Positions 1 to 8,252 of a DNA stretch of 64,000 nucleotides are shown here, piece after piece. Position 1 is the first letter of the stretch; each line of letters opens with the position of its first letter. The DNA lies in assembly GCA_021813945.1 (NCBI GenBank), contig JAKAJD010000002.1, positions 33,343 through 97,342 on the forward strand, written 5' to 3'. This DNA is from a bacterium (GTDB lineage: Bacteria > Patescibacteriota > Microgenomatia > Curtissbacterales > GWA2-41-24). The notes beneath the pieces are model-generated. The model was given only the letters and a program-made list of their open reading frames with translations, was not told where the DNA came from and ran no database searches. The translations under genes were made by a program, and so were the position numbers.

Positions 1-201
1 CTGGCTGCGGCAAAAAAGCCACATGTTCAGTGACTTGAGCCGTCCATCGTCAAGGCCTGGCCTTGGCCTAAGCCGTATCTTGGAAAAAGGCCTGATCTTT
101 ATATCCAATTTATTTGACTTCACACTACGCTTCTGCCTAATATGGAATTAGAACTCGAGTTTCTAAAACGCCGAGCTTTCAAAGCGGAAGGACAGCCTGC
201 A

Positions 202-2673
202 ATGAAGCCCAAATTTAATCTGCCGTGGTTTTCTAAATACTTATTCTCATTCTTTCTCGTCGCCTTCGTTTTTCTTCTTGCCGGATATATCACAAAACCA
301 GCCAATGCCGCATTTTTTAACATAGTTGATCCGCCAACCTGGTCAGGCGACAATGTGACCTTTAAATGGGACAATCCTGGAACCTCAGCTGCAGTTTTAA
401 TCATTGTTGACTGGGACGACCCAACACATCCATCGGTGTATGACAGTGCAGCCAAAGGTGTATCTCTTTTGGGTAAAACTCAACTAACCGTTTCTACGAC
501 AGATTGGAATATCGCAGTTCACCCACCTGATGGTAGGTTTAAAGTTTCAATTGTCGTCGGTTTGACACTGGTTTCAAACGAAGTAATTTTTACGGTTCCT
601 GTGGTTGGCGCACCCTTATGCGCCTTTACATTCACCCCTACCTCGGTAGCACCAAGTGGACAATTCTTCATACAAAATATAAATGGTGTTGCCGGAAATC
701 CGTTTACTGCCGGATTAAAGGACAGCTCCGGTAGTATTTTATCTAATCCTCCTACTCAAAGTGGCAATTTCCCAGCTTCAAGCTTAACATTCACTGCCCC
801 CTCAAGTGCGGGAAATTATACAGTCTTCGTCCAAGATAATTCCACTAGCCCAGCTACTCAATGTGTAATCCCAGGCCTTTCAAGCAATATCTTAACCGTC
901 GGCTCTGCTTCTCCCCCACCCGGCACTGGCTGCAACATAGTGCCTGCCAATACCAGCTGGGACCCCTTAAAAGCCAGCGTTAACGGCTATGCAGTCACCT
1001 TCACCCTTCCAAAACCTTCAGATGGGATTGCCGGCATAGTCATCGAAAAAGACACAGACGGCACCGTCGCCCAGGATAGCGGCCCTTTGGCGTCTGGCAC
1101 TAACCAATGGATTTGGAACGCTCCAACCGGCTCAGACGGCTCGTATTGTGCCGCAATTTTTTGGACCACGTCTGCAGTTTCCACAGTCATACATTTTACC
1201 GTCCCAAGTGCTGGTAACGACACCTGTACCAGTAACGCTCTAAATTGGGTCAACGACGTCCGCTGCAAAGCTATAGGCGGCGGCTGGTTCGACAGTGATA
1301 TTTTTACCCTAGGCCAAGTTGGAGCCACATTTGACACTGGCAACGTCTTAGTCTGGGGTAAATCTCAACTTAATAGAAACATCAGTGATGCCACCCAAGG
1401 AAGAGGAGCACTTGCCTTAACCAGTAATTTGATTGCATCGCTGTATGCAGCTCCCCCGGCTTCCGGCGTCACTTATTTTGCCCAAAAAATCCAGGACTTA
1501 AACCCTGTCAGATCCGCTTATGCGGGTGCCGGCGGGCAATTCCCCGGTGGCATCGGCTATCAGGCCCTAGGACCGGTTCAAAAAATTTGGGTTGCATTTC
1601 GCAATATTTCCTATATCGGGTTCATAATAGTTTTTGTTGTCATGGGCTTTATGATCATGTTTCGGGCCCACATCTCCCCCCAAGCTGTTGCAACTGTCCA
1701 GGATTCTATCCCCAGAATCGTAATCGCGCTAATTTTGGTCACATTCAGTTACGCCATCGCCGGCTTTATGATCGATTTGATGTTTCTCTTTTTAAACATT
1801 GCAGTACAAGCTCTGGTTAGCACTCATTTGATTTCCAATGCTGACTTCGTTTTCAAAGATAACGTCTTCACGGTAATCTTTAGCAACTGGAAAGACGCGT
1901 TTGGAACCGTCTCTGATGCAATATCAAAAATAATCACTCAAACAATCGATCTTGGGATGTTCAATTTTGTATCTAAGGTGCTGGGATGGGCCGGTGGCAC
2001 ATTAGCAGGCTTGGTAGTTGGCATAGCCCTGCTCTTTATTATGTTCAGGGTATTTTTAATGCTTCTTATGGCCTACGTCATGATTATTCTTTTAACAATG
2101 TTCGCACCTTTCTTTTTCTTAATCCAGGCTCTTCCTGGCAATAACGGCGCCAAGGAGTGGTTTAAGCAAATGGCTTCCAATGTTGCCGTTTTCCCAGTTA
2201 CAGCTATGATGTTTATTTTTGCAGGCATCTTAAGTGGTATGACTGGTCTTGGCGGAACAGGATCCGGGGCAATTCAGCCAGCCCAAGTCGGCCAATTCCC
2301 GCTTTTGATTGGAGGATTGGATGCTGGCGCAATCGGAAATCTAATAGGTATTGGGTTTTTACTTATCACCCCCACTGCAGCCGACATGGTCAAAAACATG
2401 GTTGGCGGCGGCAGAGGCGGAGGCGGCGGTATGGGCAACATCGGCGCAGCGGCCCTTGGCGGGCTTGCTGGCGGCGCTGCAGTTGTAGGCGCAGCAGGCA
2501 GAGGAGCCGGCGGCGCACTAATCTCACGGGGCCCAATCGGCGGCTGGAGAAGAGCCCAAGAGGCAAGGCGTGGTGAAGAAGCGCAACGTACAGCTCACGC
2601 AGGCATTTACAGCAAAGAGTACCGTGAATGGCAAGAACAACTTGCCAAGACTAGAGCCAAAAAAGATGAGTAG
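202..2673 (+). CDS. VirB6/TrbL-like (PrgH/TcpH-type) polytopic membrane protein: N-terminal signal/TM, ~450-aa beta-rich extracellular domain, ~6 C-terminal TM helices, Gly-rich charged C-terminal tail
   Basis: Long ORF (table 142..2673). Start moved to the Met of MKPKF at 202, which has a GGAAGGA RBS 9 nt upstream and precedes the hydrophobic signal segment. The C-terminal half is multi-TM and Trp/Phe-rich like TrbL/VirB6. Family assignment is from architecture and genomic context only. Confidence 0.5.
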   Translation: MKPKFNLPWFSKYLFSFFLVAFVFLLAGYITKPANAAFFNIVDPPTWSGDNVTFKWDNPGTSAAVLIIVDWDDPTHPSVYDSAAKGVSLLGKTQLTVSTTDWNIAVHPPDGRFKVSIVVGLTLVSNEVIFTVPVVGAPLCAFTFTPTSVAPSGQFFIQNINGVAGNPFTAGLKDSSGSILSNPPTQSGNFPASSLTFTAPSSAGNYTVFVQDNSTSPATQCVIPGLSSNILTVGSASPPPGTGCNIVPANTSWDPLKASVNGYAVTFTLPKPSDGIAGIVIEKDTDGTVAQDSGPLASGTNQWIWNAPTGSDGSYCAAIFWTTSAVSTVIHFTVPSAGNDTCTSNALNWVNDVRCKAIGGGWFDSDIFTLGQVGATFDTGNVLVWGKSQLNRNISDATQGRGALALTSNLIASLYAAPPASGVTYFAQKIQDLNPVRSAYAGAGGQFPGGIGYQALGPVQKIWVAFRNISYIGFIIVFVVMGFMIMFRAHISPQAVATVQDSIPRIVIALILVTFSYAIAGFMIDLMFLFLNIAVQALVSTHLISNADFVFKDNVFTVIFSNWKDAFGTVSDAISKIITQTIDLGMFNFVSKVLGWAGGTLAGLVVGIALLFIMFRVFLMLLMAYVMIILLTMFAPFFFLIQALPGNNGAKEWFKQMASNVAVFPVTAMMFIFAGILSGMTGLGGTGSGAIQPAQVGQFPLLIGGLDAGAIGNLIGIGFLLITPTAADMVKNMVGGGRGGGGGMGNIGAAALGGLAGGAAVVGAAGRGAGGALISRGPIGGWRRAQEARRGEEAQRTAHAGIYSKEYREWQEQLAKTRAKKDE

Positions 2674-2675
2674 TT

Positions 2676-5600
2676 TCAGCGTGTTCCAGGTAAAGATTGT
2701 CTTGGCAACTGCTTAAAAAATTCCTTGACAGCTTCCCAAAAAGCCGAAAGCGGCGCATCAGCAACTAGGGTACCTTTAATGTCCCAAGCAATCCTGCGCC
2801 ACTTCTCTCCAAACCGTCTGATATACCTAAATGGCACTGTCCCGAAGAATTCTCCTAATGTTAGGCTTAATTCTTTATCCGTAAAAGGAACCTTCCCTCC
2901 AATTTTGGCAAAACCGAAAAACTTCGTCTTTTCCTTCTCTCCTTGTTTTCTTTCCATATCACCCTGTTGAATCATATCCTGTATGACTTGTTCACCACCG
3001 GCTGCGGTTAGATTAGGTCTGTCAAACAGATCACGCCGATACTTGCTCGCAAATCCCCAATGACCTCTGAATGCTAAAACTGCAAGTATGTGGTCTCTTG
3101 CAAACCTTGTTGAATATGCAAATCCTTTTACACGACTTATCATCGAAACCAGTTTGCTTTCAGTAGGATTACTCAGGTAGTCCTGAATCGTTTCCGGGCC
3201 TTCGGCTTCTAACCCTTTCTTAGCATCTGAAAAATAATCTATAAAACCGAACTTAGTCATCTCCTTATCCTTCGCCACCTGGCTAAACTTTGCCCCCTTA
3301 CTCGAAAAATACAGTGCCCCGTTCTTTATCATATCCATAATAACGACTGACTTCACCCAAGACACTGCTTCCTCATGATATGCCTTAGTGTCAATATCGT
3401 AATCCTTCATCATCTGCCTAATTCGCTGCTCAAAAACTCTTTTTTGATCAGGTGTCATAAACCTATCAGCCCATCGCACCATAAATGAAATCTGGGGCGT
3501 ATAGTAATGATGCTTGCCTGGAAACGCTTGTTTAAAAATCGTGTTCACTTCGTCCTGTTTAGCCCTTCCTCTATTTTCTACATCTTGGTTGAAGTGTGCC
3601 CAAAGGTCATCTCTCGCCCTTCCATGAAAAAGGTTTGTGCTGTGGTGAAATACTACACCGTCAAAATCATCATCAAACTTGCTTTTAGTGTCTTTCGAAT
3701 AAATCCTAATGTACTCCTGTGCACTCCACTGCATCATCCAAGTCCAATTAAATGCGTTATAATCAACAGAACCGAAAAAACCAACCTCCTCAAGCTCGTC
3801 AAAATCCGCATCCTTCAAATGCTCGAAAAATTTACGATACTCATCGCTATCTTCTTCGACAACGTCCTCCATGCTTGGATGGTACGTTCCCCTATAAACC
3901 TTAAGATCCATAGCTTTAAGCTTCTGAATAAGCCTTAACTGTTCTACTTCCCTCCAAACATCCAGATAAGATTTACCAACTCTAGTTTCCAAAAATTTAC
4001 GAATTTCACCCTCATCTTTCCCTAGTCTTCCCAAGAAATCGGCCAAGTCGCCCTTTAACCTCAATGCATGATCATTGCTAATCATCGCGTCGATATCATC
4101 TTGTTTCAAAGTTCCAAAAGCTCCATGGATTGTCCTCTTTTTGTGCCACTCATCAATCAATTCTCTTGTTTCTAAAATAAACTCCCGTCTTTCATCTACT
4201 AAACCTCTTTTTACCCCGCCTAACCTTGCCCAAACATCATCTACCCCGAGTGATTTCCCAGCCCACTTTCCACCAGGTTTTGTGTTGTCTGCAATCAACA
4301 TTGCGGTTCGTTTTCTGAAATAGTCCCTTAATTTATAGAACTCATATTCCCATTTGTCCCTATACGTTCTGCCATCAACCGTCACCGACTGCCTCCATTC
4401 ATCTTCAAGATCTCCAAAACCCTCTCTTGCCTTTATTCGCGACATTAAACTCGCGGAATAATTTCCATCCGTATCTATCGAGAGCCTCGTTAGCTCCTCA
4501 ATCATGTTCATCCTTATCCTGTCGTCATTTACATCCTTACTATAAATATCCTGCAAAGAGACATCATACGTATTTAGCCTTACGTATCTGGTTTTGCCAT
4601 CTTTACCCACCTCTTTAACATAAAACGGCCTCCCCCTTGTATCCTCACCAAATCTTTCAACATAATATTCAACGGTCGTTTCTTTCCTACCTTCAAAACC
4701 GTTGAGTACACCATCAACAGCCGCAGGATGCATATCTTTCTCCTCAAGCGTCATATAAACAGAAAGCATCAGCGCAGAAGCATCGATTCTATCAGCAAGC
4801 GCAGACCTTCTCTCTCTATCTTCTTTCGTCTCAGTTGGTAATACTTGAAGCATTGATTTGGCACTCTGAATCATAGGCCTTAACTCCTCTGGGCCCAGAT
4901 CAAGATCCTCCATAAAACTAAAGATACGTGCAATATTTTTAGGAACATCATCAGGATCGCCTGGAGATCTGAATATCTGGTGCTCTTCCAAAGCTCGCTC
5001 AAGTGTGTAATAGTACCGGCTGGCTTTCCACTGGCGAAGACCTATTGGGTCATCTTTATCTTTAACAGACCCTAAAATATCGGTAGAAGCCTCGTTCAAA
5101 TCACGCCAATCACTCAGCATCGCGCTTAAGTAATGGTTACCTTTTATGACCAAATCGCCAACCTTAGCCTTTTGGTTTTCTGTTGAGTCGTTTTCGTAAA
5201 TTTGTGTGTACCTGTTGTGAATTCTCCGATATAAGTGTGTATGTTCATCGTTCCAACTGATAAACTTGTTCGCGAAGTCAACTCCCCCAAGAGCTTCCAC
5301 AATTTTCTGCCTCCCACCAGCATCCTGAAGCCTATAGACATCGTTAATTGCCTTTGCCACTTCAAAAACATACCTTGCCGAAGCCATTTTTTGAGTTTCA
5401 GTACTGCCATCAGCATTTCTAAAAGGCACATCCACGAACATATCATCGGGGTTTACATGATCTATTTTTACAGCTTCTACGCGCTTAGTGGCCTCCTCAG
5501 CCATATCGGCAAACCTTTTCAATTCGCTGGCGCGATCAGCCCATTCGCCTGATGCCCTATCTTGCTTTAGCATATCTTTAATAAGAGCCTTTAAACCTGT

Positions 5601-6602
5601 GGTCACGGTAAGCAAATGCTCGGCCATTGGAGTTTCCCGATTACTCCTAGTCTCTAATTTCAAAAGTGAATCTACTTTTCTGGAAAGAATATCTCGCACT
5701 TCTGATACTTTAGGATCACTAGCCTCTAATGTTCCATCTAAAACTGCGTTATCGATTGCACTTTCTATATCCGGAAACTTTATTCTCTGAACTTCAAATG
5801 GCCTTAGTTTAGCGAGCTTAATCTCCCGTACGAACCTTTTGAATTTATCATCGATTGTGCTTAAATCTACTTCATCGATCTCCTCGTCAACAGTTTTGGT
5901 TCCACTAGCCCCTGGGCCACCAGTTTTTGGCTCCCAGTCACCTTTTCCTTTATAAGCAGACGAATATTTCTCAATCTTTTCCAGAGTTAAAAACTCACCA
6001 TCATCCAAATCTTTTGCACGCATGACTTCCTCACGTTTCAGTGCTTCTTCAACTCTCCGTTGGTCGCTTCCGGCAGCATATTTGAAATCATCATCAGCCG
6101 GGTCATCCACAACACTGTAATGGAAAATTATCTGCCCAATTGCCATAGCTTCTGTATCACTAATCTTGCCAATCTTCTCATCATCAAAAACTCCGCTTCG
6201 TTTAAGAAGTCGCCTGAAAAGATCCCTGTCTGTATCTGACTCCACGACTTCTTGCCCGTCTCGAATCCTGTTATAAGTAGTCGAGAGTGCTTGCGCCTCC
6301 GCAAATGAAACATGGGGATTCTGCGCAGAACCGGCTTCATTCATGCGCTTTAATACCTCTCGCAATCTTACAGGGTCGAGTGTCAGGCAGAAACTCTCCA
6401 CATCCATTCGCATATCTCCGGATGGCTTAAACCGGGTTTCCCTGGGCTTAGTCGCACTATTTTCTGGAGTAGGCCTTTCTAGTACCGCAACACCAGCCCC
6501 AACAGGCTGCTTTTCCACCACACCAGCATCAGGCATAACAAATATCCCTCCACCTTGAGCGTAGCTGGTTTGGGCAGCGTATGCAACATTTCTCTCGTTC
6601 AT
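2676..6602 (-). CDS. Large (1308 aa) highly charged soluble hypothetical protein; no TM, no Walker motifs, no recognisable catalytic motif
   Basis: Uninterrupted 3.9-kb ORF, divergent from the regulator gene. The composition is D/E/K/R/W-rich. I could find no known domain by eye. Confidence 0.6.
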   Translation of the reverse strand: MNERNVAYAAQTSYAQGGGIFVMPDAGVVEKQPVGAGVAVLERPTPENSATKPRETRFKPSGDMRMDVESFCLTLDPVRLREVLKRMNEAGSAQNPHVSFAEAQALSTTYNRIRDGQEVVESDTDRDLFRRLLKRSGVFDDEKIGKISDTEAMAIGQIIFHYSVVDDPADDDFKYAAGSDQRRVEEALKREEVMRAKDLDDGEFLTLEKIEKYSSAYKGKGDWEPKTGGPGASGTKTVDEEIDEVDLSTIDDKFKRFVREIKLAKLRPFEVQRIKFPDIESAIDNAVLDGTLEASDPKVSEVRDILSRKVDSLLKLETRSNRETPMAEHLLTVTTGLKALIKDMLKQDRASGEWADRASELKRFADMAEEATKRVEAVKIDHVNPDDMFVDVPFRNADGSTETQKMASARYVFEVAKAINDVYRLQDAGGRQKIVEALGGVDFANKFISWNDEHTHLYRRIHNRYTQIYENDSTENQKAKVGDLVIKGNHYLSAMLSDWRDLNEASTDILGSVKDKDDPIGLRQWKASRYYYTLERALEEHQIFRSPGDPDDVPKNIARIFSFMEDLDLGPEELRPMIQSAKSMLQVLPTETKEDRERRSALADRIDASALMLSVYMTLEEKDMHPAAVDGVLNGFEGRKETTVEYYVERFGEDTRGRPFYVKEVGKDGKTRYVRLNTYDVSLQDIYSKDVNDDRIRMNMIEELTRLSIDTDGNYSASLMSRIKAREGFGDLEDEWRQSVTVDGRTYRDKWEYEFYKLRDYFRKRTAMLIADNTKPGGKWAGKSLGVDDVWARLGGVKRGLVDERREFILETRELIDEWHKKRTIHGAFGTLKQDDIDAMISNDHALRLKGDLADFLGRLGKDEGEIRKFLETRVGKSYLDVWREVEQLRLIQKLKAMDLKVYRGTYHPSMEDVVEEDSDEYRKFFEHLKDADFDELEEVGFFGSVDYNAFNWTWMMQWSAQEYIRIYSKDTKSKFDDDFDGVVFHHSTNLFHGRARDDLWAHFNQDVENRGRAKQDEVNTIFKQAFPGKHHYYTPQISFMVRWADRFMTPDQKRVFEQRIRQMMKDYDIDTKAYHEEAVSWVKSVVIMDMIKNGALYFSSKGAKFSQVAKDKEMTKFGFIDYFSDAKKGLEAEGPETIQDYLSNPTESKLVSMISRVKGFAYSTRFARDHILAVLAFRGHWGFASKYRRDLFDRPNLTAAGGEQVIQDMIQQGDMERKQGEKEKTKFFGFAKIGGKVPFTDKELSLTLGEFFGTVPFRYIRRFGEKWRRIAWDIKGTLVADAPLSAFWEAVKEFFKQLPRQSLPGTR

Positions 6603-6647
6603 GTTGCACGTAGATTAACCTAGGCATAAAATGTGTGCTTGATATTT

Positions 6648-6667
6648 AGCTAACAGGAAGCTAACAG
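6648..6667. promoter_or_regulatory. Tandem direct repeat AGCTAACAG-GA-AGCTAACAG overlapping the -35 position of a TATAAT (6682..6687) upstream of the regulator gene; candidate operator
   Basis: Read directly from the sequence. The same GCTAAC core recurs at 8138..8246. Confidence 0.3.
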
Positions 6668-6717
6668 TTCACCCAGTTAGATATAATAGGGATATGTATT
6701 TTGCAACAACGGGGTAA

Positions 6718-7974
6718 ATGAAAATATTTGAATCAGATTTTCCTCCTGATTACCGGTCGGCCGAAATAAAAGCAATTTTGGCCTATATAACAACAGGCAA
6801 ATTCTGCCAGCTTATTTGCATACCAGGGGCCGGCAAGGCAACTATCCTTCGGCTTCTTGCCCATAACCGCAAGCTTTTAAAATCTCACCTCGGCGAAAAA
6901 GAAAAGGGCCTTCGTTTTGTCTATATCAACTTTTTCGAACTCACAAATTTTACAGAAGCCGAAATCATAAAGTTGCTGCTAATCGGTTTGGATGAAAAGT
7001 TCCAAAACTCAGACGACCCACTTCTTCTTGGTAGAGATCTTCATGAGGCAGTAAACCGTCTTTCCCAAAATGGCCAAACCATTATTTTTCTTTTTGACCA
7101 TTTCGACGAACACCAAAACCGGCTACCGCATACTTTTTTCCAAATGCTAAAAAGCCTGAGAAACTTGGCAAAATTCAAGTTTTCCGTTGTTTTCGCAACA
7201 AGAAGAGATCTTGCCGGTCTTGTCGATGAAGACATTCTCAAAGATTATTGGGATTTTTTTGTTGGCAATACTGTTTACTTAAAAGTCTACGACAAGGTTG
7301 CCGTAGAGTATTTATTCACACAAATTGAAAACGTTTTCGGCCAAAAAATTAAAGCCGAACAAAAAACGCAGATCACAAAATTAACAGGCGGCCATGCAAA
7401 GCTGACAAAAATAATCTCCGAGCTCGTTCTTGGTAAGGCTGTCAAACCCCAAACAGAAAATCTCCTAAAAGAGACCCCGGTCATGGCTGCTCTTTATGAA
7501 ATCTGGCTGTTTTTAACAAGTTCGGAACAACAGCTACTATCAAAAATCTCAGAAGGTAAAACTTCAGATCAAATAGATGAAAACCTTATCAAGTTAGACC
7601 TGGTTTCTTATCAAAACAAATTCACCATTCCATTACTGGAAGATTTTGTAAAAAGTGCCAAATTAAATGTCCAAACGAAAATTATCTTTGACCCCCAAAC
7701 CAATGAAATTAAAAGGGGTGAAAGTATCATCTCCGAAATTCTCTCCGCCCAAGAATATCGCTTGCTTAAATTTCTAATCGAAAATCCTAATAAAGTAATA
7801 GGTCGAGACGAAATAATTAAAGCGGTTTGGCCGCAAACCGAAGTTACAGAAGCGATAAGCGACGAGGCCATAGATCAAATGGTTTTTCGACTTAGAAAGA
7901 AGATAGAGGACGAGCCACAAAAACCCATCCACATTCAAACCGTAAAGGGCATAGGTCTCAAATTCGAACCCTAG
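6718..7974 (+). CDS. Transcriptional regulator: N-terminal P-loop ATPase (GAGKAT, Walker B-like FLFDHFDE) fused to a C-terminal OmpR/PhoB-type winged-helix DNA-binding domain
   Basis: The C-terminal ~100 aa (EYRLLKFLIENPNKVIGRDEI...VFRLRKKIE...IQTVKGIGLKF) match the trans_reg_C fold pattern. The N-terminus has a Walker A. Confidence 0.65.
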   Translation: MKIFESDFPPDYRSAEIKAILAYITTGKFCQLICIPGAGKATILRLLAHNRKLLKSHLGEKEKGLRFVYINFFELTNFTEAEIIKLLLIGLDEKFQNSDDPLLLGRDLHEAVNRLSQNGQTIIFLFDHFDEHQNRLPHTFFQMLKSLRNLAKFKFSVVFATRRDLAGLVDEDILKDYWDFFVGNTVYLKVYDKVAVEYLFTQIENVFGQKIKAEQKTQITKLTGGHAKLTKIISELVLGKAVKPQTENLLKETPVMAALYEIWLFLTSSEQQLLSKISEGKTSDQIDENLIKLDLVSYQNKFTIPLLEDFVKSAKLNVQTKIIFDPQTNEIKRGESIISEILSAQEYRLLKFLIENPNKVIGRDEIIKAVWPQTEVTEAISDEAIDQMVFRLRKKIEDEPQKPIHIQTVKGIGLKFEP

Positions 7975-8137
7975 CAAAATTTGTCGTCAGAATCATTAAC
8001 AAAGGTCAGGCCTTTGTTGGGATATTCATAGCCTAAGACCTGACCTTGAGATAAAGACTGGTCGGTCTCCATCAGCGATAGTTACCAAAACATATCCCAC
8101 CATATCATCAAATTTCTGTGAAAATCGCAAACTTTTG

Positions 8138-8246
8138 AAGCTAATGAGGCCACTTCTCGCACTTGATTTCATATGTTATGGTGGCATAGAAGCTAACCTA
8201 ACGCAAAAATTGCACCGCATTAATCTTTTGTCGTTAGTCGTTAGAC
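8138..8246. promoter_or_regulatory. Cluster of GAAGCTAA(C/T) / CTAAC / GTCGTTAG repeat motifs upstream of the PrgI-like/VirB4 operon
   Basis: GAAGCTAAT at 8138, GAAGCTAACCTAACGC at 8190, and tandem GTCGTTAGTCGTTAG at 8231. GTTAG is the reverse complement of CTAAC. Confidence 0.3.
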
Positions 8247-8252
8247 CTAAAA

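Noticed and set aside
120-455. 111-aa minus-strand ORF
   Set aside because: It lies fully inside, and antisense to, the start of the long VirB6-like ORF. It has no motif or RBS, so it is most likely a spurious antisense frame.
2725-6558. Multiple 60-145-aa plus-strand ORFs inside the 1308-aa gene, and similar small antisense ORFs inside dnaA, dnaN, valS, groEL, pyrG and the GT genes
   Set aside because: All are embedded antisense or out of frame in long, well-supported CDSs. None has recognisable domains. I treat them as frame noise.
2676-6602. Possibility that the 1308-aa protein is the missing relaxase or coupling ATPase
   Set aside because: I could find no Walker A/B, no relaxase HxH/3-His or catalytic-Tyr motif, and no TM anchor. 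I kept it as an orphan or effector candidate only.
8002-8047. Inverted repeat AAGGTCAGG...CCTGACCTT after the regulator gene
   Set aside because: The 9-bp stem has a ~28-nt loop and no downstream T-tract, so it is not a canonical intrinsic terminator. It may be a protein-binding palindrome but I cannot support a call.
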